A stretch of DNA of 64,000 nt. Source: Balanoglossus misakiensis. Taxonomy: Eukaryota > Animalia > Hemichordata. Where the stretch lies: the NCBI GenBank assembly GCA_040954595.2, contig CM082581.2:1480699-1544698 (forward strand), written 5' to 3'. This document shows positions 54,901 to 64,000 of this stretch, piece by piece; within the stretch, counting starts at the first letter, position 1, and every line of letters starts with the position of its first letter. Position numbers and translations under genes: made by a program. The notes beneath the pieces were generated by a model that saw only the letters and a list, made by a program, of their open reading frames with translations, did no database searches and was not told where the DNA came from.

Positions 54901-57900
54901 TTTTCCCCCATGATTTTTTTCAAAAATCGACGAAATTTTGAGATTTTGCAAAGTCGAAAATTTTGTCATTTTTTGATGATTTTCAACCATGATTTTTTTT
55001 CAAAAATCGACGAAAATTTGAGATTTTGCAAAGATGAAAATTTGTCATTTTGATGATTTTTACCCATATTTTTTTTTCAGAAATGGACGAAATTTTGAGA
55101 TTTTGCAAAGACGAAAATTTGTCATTTTTTGATGATTTTCACCCATGATTTTTTTTCAAAAATTGACGAAATTTTGAGATTTTGCAAAGTCGAAAATGTG
55201 TCATTTTTTGATGATTTTCACCCATGTCTTTTTTAAAAATCGACGAAATTTTGAGATTTTGCAAAGAGGAAAATTTGTCATTTTTTCATGATTTTCCCCC
55301 ATGATTTTTTTCAAAAATCGACGAAATTTTGAGATTTTGCAAAGTCGACGAAAATGTGTCATTTTTTGATGATTTTCACCCGTTTTTTTTCAAAATTTGT
55401 CATTTTTTGATGATTTTTCACCCATGTTTTTTTTTTAAAAAATCGACGAACCTATGATTTTTTTCAAAATCGACGAAATTTTGTGATTTTACAAAGTCGA
55501 AAATTTTGTCATTTTTTGATGATTTTCAACCATGATTTTTTTTCAAAAATTGACGAAAATTTGAGATTTTGCAAAGACAAAAATTTGTCATTTTTGATGA
55601 TTTTTACCCATGATTTTTTTTCAAAAATCGACGAAATTTTGAGATTTTGCAAAGAGGAAAATTTGTCATTTTTTCATGATTTTCACCCATGATTTTTTTC
55701 AAAAATCGACGAAATTTTGAGATTTTGCAAAGAGGAAAATTTGTCATTTTTTCATGATTTTCCCCCATGATTTTTTTCAAAATCGACGAAAATTTGAGAT
55801 TTTGCAAAGACGAAAATTTGTCATTTTTGATGATTTTTACCCATGATTTTTTTTCAAAAATGGACGAAATTTTGAGATTTTGCAAAGACGAAAATTTGTC
55901 ATTTTTTGATGATTTTCACCAATGATTTTTTTCAAAAAACGACGAAATTTTGAGATTTTGCAGAGGAAAATGTGTCATTTTTTGATGATTTTCACCCGTT
56001 TTTTTTTTTTCAAAATTTGTCATTTTTTGATGATTTTCACCCATGATTTTTTAAAAAATTGACGAAATGTTGAGATTTTGCAAAGTCGAAAATTTTTCAT
56101 TTTTTGATGATTTTCACCCGTGATTTTTTTCAAAAAATGGACGAAATTTTGAGATTTTGCAAAGACGAAAATTTGTCATTTTTGATGATTTTCACCCATG
56201 ATTTTTTTTCAAAAATCGACGAAATTTTGATATTTTGCAAAGAGGAGAATTTGTCATTTTTTCATGATTTTCCCCCATGATTTTTTTCAAAAATCGACGA
56301 AATTTTGAGATTTTGCAAAGTCGAAAATTTTGTCATTTTTTGATGATTTTCAACCATGATTTTTTTTCAAAAATCGACGAAAATTTGAGATTTTGCAAAG
56401 ATGAAAATTTGTCATTTTTGATGATTTTTACCCATATTTTTTTTTCAGAAATGGACGAAATTTTGAGATTTTGCAAAGACGAAAATTTGTCATTTTTTGA
56501 TGATTTTCACCCATGATTTTTTTTTCAAAAATTGACGAAATTTTGAGATTTTGCAAAGTCGAAAATGTGTCATTTTTTGATGATTTTCACCCGTTTTTTT
56601 TTCAAAATTTGTCATTTTTTGATGATTTTTACCCATGATTTTTTTTCAAAAATGGACGAAATTTTTGAGATTTTGCAAAGTCGAAAATTTGTTATTTTTT
56701 GATGATTTTTCACCCATGTCTTTTTTTTAAAAATCGACGAAATTTTGAGATTTTGCAAAGAGGAAAATTTGTCATTTTTTTCATGATTTTCCCCCATGAT
56801 TTTTTTCAAAAATCGACGAAATTTGAGATTTTGCAAAGTCGACGAAAATGTGTCATTTTTTGATGATTTTCACCCGTTTTTTTTCAAAAATCGACGAAAT
56901 TTTGAGATTTTGCAAAATCGAAAATTTGTCATTTTTTGATGATTTTCACCCATGATTTTTTTTCAAAAATCGACGAAATTTTGAGATTTTGCAAAGTCGT
57001 AAATGTGTCATTTTTTGATGATTTTCACCCGGTTTTTTTTCAAAAATCGACGAAATTTTGAGATTTTGCAAAGTCGTAAATGTGTCATTTTTTGATGATT
57101 TTCACCCGTTTTTTTTTCAAAATTTGTCATTTTTTGATGATTTTCACCCATGATTTTCTTCAAAAATCGACGAAATTTTGAGATTTTGCAAAGTCGAAAA
57201 TTTGTCATTTTTTGATGATTTTCACCTATGATTTTTTTCAAAAATCAACAAAATTTTGAGATTTTGCAAAGAGGAAAATTTGTCATTTTTTTCATGATTT
57301 TCCCCCATGATTTTTTTCAAAATTGACGAAATTTTGAGATTTTGCAAAGTCGACGAAAATGTGTCATTTTTTGATGATTTTCACCCGTTTTTTTTCAAAA
57401 ATCGACGAAATTTTGAGATTTTGCAAAATCGAAAATTTGTCATTTTTTGAATGATTTTCACCCATGATTTTTTTTCAAAAATCGACGAAATTTTGAGATT
57501 TTGCAAAGTCGTAAATGTGTCATTTTTTGATGATTTTCACCCGGTTTTTTTCAAAAATCGACGAAATTTTGAGATTTTGCAAAGTCGTAAATGTGTCATT
57601 TTTTGATGATTTTCACCCGTTTTTTTTTTCAAAATTTGTCATTTTTTGATGATTTTCACCCATGATTTTCTTCAAAAATCGACGAAATTTTGAGATTTTG
57701 CAAAGTCGAAAATTTGTCATTTTTTGATGATTTTCACCTATGATTTTTTTCAATAATCAACAAAATTTTGAGATTTTGCAAAGTCGAAAATTTGTCATTT
57801 TTTGATGATTTTCACCGATGATTTTTTTCAACAATCGAAAATATTTTGAGATTTTTGCAAAGTCGAAAATTTGTCATTTTTTGATGATTTTCACCCATGA

Positions 57901-60900
57901 TTTTCTTCAAAAATCGACGAAATTTTGAGATTTTGCAAAGTCGAAAATTTGTCATTTTTTTGATGATTTTCACCCATGATTTTTTTCAAAAATCGACGAA
58001 ATTTTGAGATTTTGCAAAGTCGAAAATTTGTCATTTTTTGATGATTTTCACCCATGATTTTTTTCAAAATTGACGAAATTTTGAGATTTTGCAAAGTCGA
58101 AAATTTCTCATTTTTTGGTGCATTTTCACCCATGATTTTTTTTCAAAATCGACGAAATTGTGAGATTTTGCAAAGTCGAAAAATTTGTCATTTTTTGATG
58201 ATTTTCACCCATGATTTTATTCAAAATTGACGAAATTTTGAGATTTTGCAAAGTCGAAAATTTGTCATTTTTTCATGATTTTCCCCCATGATTTTTTTCA
58301 AAAATCGACGAAATTTTGAGATTTTGCAAAGTCGTAAATGTGTCATTTTTTGATGATTTTCACCCGTTTTTTTTTTTAAATTTGTCATTTTTTGATGATT
58401 TTCACCCATGTTTTTTTTTTAAAAAATCAACAAAATTTTGAGATTTTGCGAAGTCGAGAATTTGTCATTTTTTGATGATTTTCACCGATGATTTTCTTCA
58501 AAAATCGACGAAATTTTGAGATTTTGCAAAGTCGAAAATTTGTCATTTTTTTGATGATTTTCACCCATGATTTTTTTCAAAAATCGACGAAATTTTGAGA
58601 TTTTGCAAAGTCGAAAATTTGTCATTTTTTGATGATTTTCAACCATGATTTTTTTCAAAAATCGACTAAATGTTGAGATTTTGCAAAGTCGAAAATGTGT
58701 CATTTTTTGATGATTTTCACCCGTTTTTTTTCAAAATTTGTCATTTTTTCATGATTTTCACCCATGATTTTTTTCAAAAATCGACGAAATTTTGTGATTT
58801 TGCAAAGTCGAAAATTTTGTCATTTTTTGATGATTTTCAACCATGATTTTTTTCAAAAATCGACGAAATTTTGTGATTTTACAAAGTCGAAAATTTTGTC
58901 ATTTTTTGATGATTTTCAACCATGATTTTTTTTCAAAAATCGACGAAAATTTGAGATTTTGCAAAGACGAAAATTTGTCATTTTTGATGATTTTTACCCA
59001 TGATTTTTTTTCAAAAATGGACGAAATTTTGAGATTTTGCAAAGACGAAAATTGTCATTTTTTGATGATTTTCACCCATGATTTTTTTTCAAAAATCGAC
59101 GAAATTTTGAGATTTTGCAAAGTCGTAAATGTGTCATTTTTTGATGATTTTCACCAGTTTTTTTTTCAAAATTTGTCATTTTTTCATGATTTTCCCCCAT
59201 GATTTTTTTTCAAAAATCGACGAAAATTTGAGATTTTGCAAAGACGAAAATTTGTCATTTTTGATGATTTTTACCCATGATTTTTTTTCAAAAATGGACG
59301 AAATTTTGAGATTTTTTCAAAGACGAAAATTTGTCATTTTTTGATGATTTTCACCCATGATTTTTTTTCAAAAAACGACGAAATTTTGTGATTTTACAAA
59401 GTCGAAAATTTTGTCATTTTTTGATGATTTTCAACCATGATTTTTTTCAAAAATTGACGAAAATTTGAGATTTTGCAAAGACAAAAATTTGTCATTTTTG
59501 ATGATTTTTACCCATGATTTTTTTTCAAAAATCGACCAAATTTTGAGATTTTGCAAAGAGGAAAATTTGTCATTTTTTCATGATTTTCCCCCATGATTTT
59601 TTTCAAAAATCGACGAAATTTTGTGATTTTACAAAGTCGAAAATTTTGTCATTTTTTGATGATTTTCAACCATGATTTTTTTTCAAAAAACGACGAAATT
59701 TTGAGATTTTGCAAAGAGGAAAATTTGTCATTTTTTCATGATTTTCCCCCATGATTTTTTTCAAAAATCGACGAAAATTTGAGATTTTGCAAAGACGAAA
59801 ATTTGTCATTTTTGATGATTTTTACCCATGATTTTTTTTCAAAAATGGACGAAATTTTGAGATTTTGCAAAGACGAAAATTTGTCATTTTTTGATGATTT
59901 TCACCAATGATTTTTTTTCAAAAAACGACGAAATTTTGAGATTTTGCAGAGGAAAATGTGTCATTTTTTGATGATTTTCACCCGTTTTTTTTTTCAAAAT
60001 TTGTCATTTTTTGATGATTTTCTCCCATGATTTTTTTCAAAAATTGACGAAATTTTGAGATTTTGCAAAGTCGAAAATTTGTCATTTTTTGATGATTTTC
60101 ACCCATGATTTTTTTCAAAAATCGACGAAATTTTGAGATTTTGCAAAGTCGAAAATTTGTCATTTTTTGATGATTTTCCCCCATGTTTTTTTTTTTAAAT
60201 GGACGAAATTTTGAGATTTTGCAAAGACGAAAATTTGTTATTTTTTGATGATTTTCACCCATGATTTTTTCAAAAATTGACGAAATTTTGAGATTTTGCA
60301 AAGTCGAAAATTTGTCATTTTTTGATGATTTTCACACATGATTTTTTTCAAAAATCGACGAAATTGTGAGATTTTGCAAAGACGAAAATTTGTCATTTTT
60401 TGATGATTTTTACCCATGATTTTTTTTCAAAAATGGACGAAATTTTGAGGTTTTACAAAGTCGAAAATTTGTTATTTTTTGATGATTTTCACCCATGTCT
60501 TTTTTTAAAAATCGACGAAATTTTGAGATTTTGCAAAGAGGAAAATTTGTCATTTTTTCATGATTTTCCCCCATGATTTTTTTCAAAAATCGACGAAATT
60601 TTGAGATTTTGCAAAGTCGACGAAAATGTGTCATTTTTTGATGATTTTCACCCGTTTTTTTTCAAAATTTGTCATTTTTTGATGATTTTCACCCATGTTT
60701 TTTTTTTAAAAAATCGACGAACCTATGATTTTTTTCAAAATCGACGAAATTTTGTGATTTTACAAAGTCGAAAATTTTGTCATTTTTTGATGATTTTCAA
60801 CCATGATTTTTTTTCAAAAATTGACGAAAATTTGAGATTTTGCAAAGACAAAAATTTGTCATTTTTGATGATTTTTACCCATGATTTTTTTTCAAAAATC

Positions 60901-63900
60901 GACGAAATTTTGAGATTTTGCAAAGAGGAAAATTTGTCATTTTTTCATGATTTTCCCCCATGATTTTTTTCAAAAATCGACGAAATTTTGTGATTTTACA
61001 AAGTCGAAAATTTTGTCATTTTTTTATGATTTTCAACCATGATTTTTTTTCAAAAATCGACGAAAATTTGAGATTTTGCAAAGACGAAAATTTGTCATTT
61101 TTGATGATTTTTACCCATGATTTTTTTCAAAAATGGACGAAATTTTGAGATTTTGCAAAGACGAAAATTTGTCATTTTTTGATGATTTTCACCCATGATT
61201 TTTTTTCAAAAATCGACGAAATTTTGAGATTTTGCAAAGTCGTAAATGTGTCATTTTTTGATGATTTTCACCAGTTTTTTTTTCAAAATTTGTCATTTTT
61301 CATGATTTTCCCCCATGATTTTTTTTCAAAAATCGACGAAAATTTCAGATTTTGCAATGACGAAAATTTGTCATTTTTGATGATTTTTACCCATGATTTT
61401 TTTTTCAAAAATGGACGAAATTTTGAGATTTTGCAAAGACGAAAATTTGTCATTTTTTGATGATTTTCACCCATGATTTTTTTTCAAAAAACGACGAAAT
61501 TTTGAGATTTTGCAAAGAGGAAAATTTGTCATTTTTTCATGATTTTCACCCATGATTTTTTTCAAAAATCGACGAAATTTTGAGATTTTGCAAAGAGGAA
61601 AATTTGTCATTTTTTCATGATTTTCCCCCATGATTTTTTTCAAAAATCGACGAAAATTTGAGATTTTGCAAAGACGAAAATTTGTCATTTTTGATGATTT
61701 TTACCCATGATTTTTTTTCAAAAATGGACGAAATTTTGAGATTTTGCAAAGACGAAAATTTGTCATTTTTTGATGATTTTCACCAATGATTTTTTTTCAA
61801 AAAACGACGAAATTTTGAGATTTTGCAGAGGAAAATGTGTCATTTTTTGATGATTTTCACCCGTTTTTTTTTTTTTCAAAATTTGTCATTTTTTGATGAT
61901 TTTCACCCATGATTTTTTAAAAAATTGACGAAATGTTGAGATTTTGCAAAGTCGAAAATTTTTCATTTTTTGATGATTTTCACCCGTGATTTTTTTCAAA
62001 AATGGACGAAATTTTGAGATTTTGCAAAGACGAAAATTTGTCATTTTTTGATGATTTTCACCCATGATTTTTTTTCAAAAATCGACGAAATTTTGATATT
62101 TGCAAAGAGGAGAATTTGTCATTTTTTCATGATTTTCCCCCATGATTTTTTTCAAAAATCGACGAAATTTTGAGATTTTTGCAAAGTCGAAAATTTTGTC
62201 ATTTTTTGATGATTTCAACCATGATTTTTTTTCAAAATCGACGAAAATTTGAGATTTTGCAAAGATGAAAATTTGTCATTTTTGATGATTTTTACCCATA
62301 TTTTTTTTTCAGAAATGGACGAAATTTGAGATTTTGCAAAAGACGAAAATTTGTCATTTTTTGATGATTTTTCACCCATGATTTTTTTCAAAAATTGACG
62401 AAATTTTGAGATTTTGCAAAGTCGAAAATGTGTCATTTTTTGATGATTTTCACCCGTTTTTTTTCAAAAATCGACGAAATTTTGAGATTTGCAAAATCGA
62501 AATTGTCATTTTTTGATGATTTTCACCCATGATTTTTTTTCAAAAATCGACGAAATTTTGAGATTTTGCAAAGTCGTAAATGTGTCATTTTTTGATGATT
62601 TTCACCCGGTTTTTTTCAAAAATCGACGAAATTTTGAGATTTTGCAAAGTCGTAAATGTGTCATTTTTTGATGATTTTCACCCGTTTTTTTTTCAAAATT
62701 TGTCATTTTTTGATGATTTTCACCCATGATTTTCTTCAAAAATCGACGAAATTTTGAGATTTTGCAAAGTCGAAAATTTGTCATTTTTTGATGATTTTCA
62801 CCTATGATTTTTTTCAAAAATCAACAAAATTTTGAGATTTTGCAAAGAGGAAAATTTGTCATTTTTTTCATGATTTTCCCCCATGATTTTTTTCAAAAAT
62901 TGACGAAATTTTGAGATTTTGCAAAGTCGACGAAAATGTGTCATTTTTTGATGATTTTCACCCGTTTTTTTTCAAAAATCGACGAAATTTTGAGATTTTG
63001 CAAAATCGAAAAATTTGTCATTTTTTGATGATTTTCACCCATGATTTTTTTTCAAAAATCGACGAAATTTTGAGATTTTGCAAAGTCGTAAATGTGTCAT
63101 TTTTTGATGATTTTCACCCGGTTTTTTTTCAAAAATCGACGAAATTTTGAGATTTTGCAAAGTCGTAAATGTGTCATTTTTTGATGATTTTCACCCGTTT
63201 TTTTTCAAAATTTGTCATTTTTTGATGATTTTCACCCATGATTTTCTTCAAAAATCGACGAAATTTTGAGATTTTGCAAAGTCGAAAATTTGTCATTTTT
63301 TGATGATTTTCACCTATGATTTTTTTCAATAATCAACAAAATTTTGAGATTTTGCAAAGTCGAAAATTTGTCATTTTTTGATGATTTTCACCGATGAATT
63401 TTTTCAACAATCGAAAATATTTTGAGATTTTGCAAAGTCGAAAATTTGTCAATTTTTTGATGATTTTCACCATGATTGTCTTCAAAAATCGACGAAATTT
63501 TGAGATTTTGCAAAGTCGAAAATTTGTCATTTTTTTGATGATTTTCACCCATGATTTTTTTTCAAAATCGACGAAATTTTGAGATTTTGCAAAGTCGAAA
63601 ATTTGTAATTTTTTGATGATTTTCACCCATGATTTTTTTCAAAATTGACGAAATTTTGAGATTTTGCAAAGTCGAAAAATTTCTCATTTTTTGGTGCATT
63701 TTCACCCATGATTTTTTTTCAAAATCGACGAAATTGTGAGATTTTGCAAAGTCGAAAATTTGTCATTTTTTGATGATTTTCACCCATGATTTTTATTCAA
63801 AATTGACGAAATTTTGAGATTTTGCAAAGTCGAAAATTTGTCATTTTTTCATGATTTTCCCCCATGATTTTTTTCAAAAATCGACGAAATTTTGAGATTT

Positions 63901-64000
63901 TGCAAAGTCGTAAATGTGTCATTTTTTGATGATTTTCACCCGTTTTTTTTTTTTTAAATTTGTCATTTTTTGATGATTTTCACCCATGTTTTTTTTTAAA
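39909..64000. repeat. AT-rich satellite array, ~78-bp monomer with ~41-bp deletion variants; runs off the window
   Basis: Consensus CCCATGATTTTTTTCAAAAATCGACGAAATTTTGAGATTTTGCAAAGTCGAAAATTTGTCATTTTTTGATGATTTTCA; the 26-aa periodicity of the spurious ORFs matches 78 bp. Confidence 0.98.

Noticed and set aside
39757-63626. Dozens of ORFs with MGENHQKMTNFRLCKISKFRRFLKKI-type repeats
   Set aside because: Translations of the 78-bp satellite on both strands, repeatedly broken by homopolymer length changes
39909-64000. CRISPR-like repeat array
   Set aside because: No unique spacers, no cas genes, eukaryotic context; a plain tandem satellite

Overview
Eukaryotic (animal, probably marine invertebrate) genomic DNA in three parts. 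(1) 1-~20.8 kb: a minus-strand multi-exon gene for an extracellular C-type lectin-3xCUB-4xCCP-EGF protein (uninflatable/SVEP-like architecture). It appears disabled (in-frame stop, frameshifted/truncated exon, a probably mutated acceptor), and its introns carry many MITEs, foldback elements and a HINE-like repeat. (2) 21,213-36,083: an apparently intact 14.9-kb Maverick/Polinton (adintovirus-like) element with AGTAGT termini, ~0.7-0.8 kb TIRs and a 6-bp TSD (CAGAAT). It encodes integrase-chromodomain, minor and major capsid proteins, adenain protease, packaging ATPase, protein-primed PolB, PW/PM/PZ-like proteins, a PC4-like ssDNA-binding protein and small unknown ORFs. It is inserted into a dead, 5'-truncated non-LTR retrotransposon (~21.0-39.0 kb) that also carries a TTAA-flanked MITE. 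(3) ~39.9 kb to the end: a >24-kb AT-rich satellite with a ~78-bp monomer, an internal ~1.6-kb inversion and irregular higher-order repeats. All family assignments come from motif recognition by eye; no searches were run.
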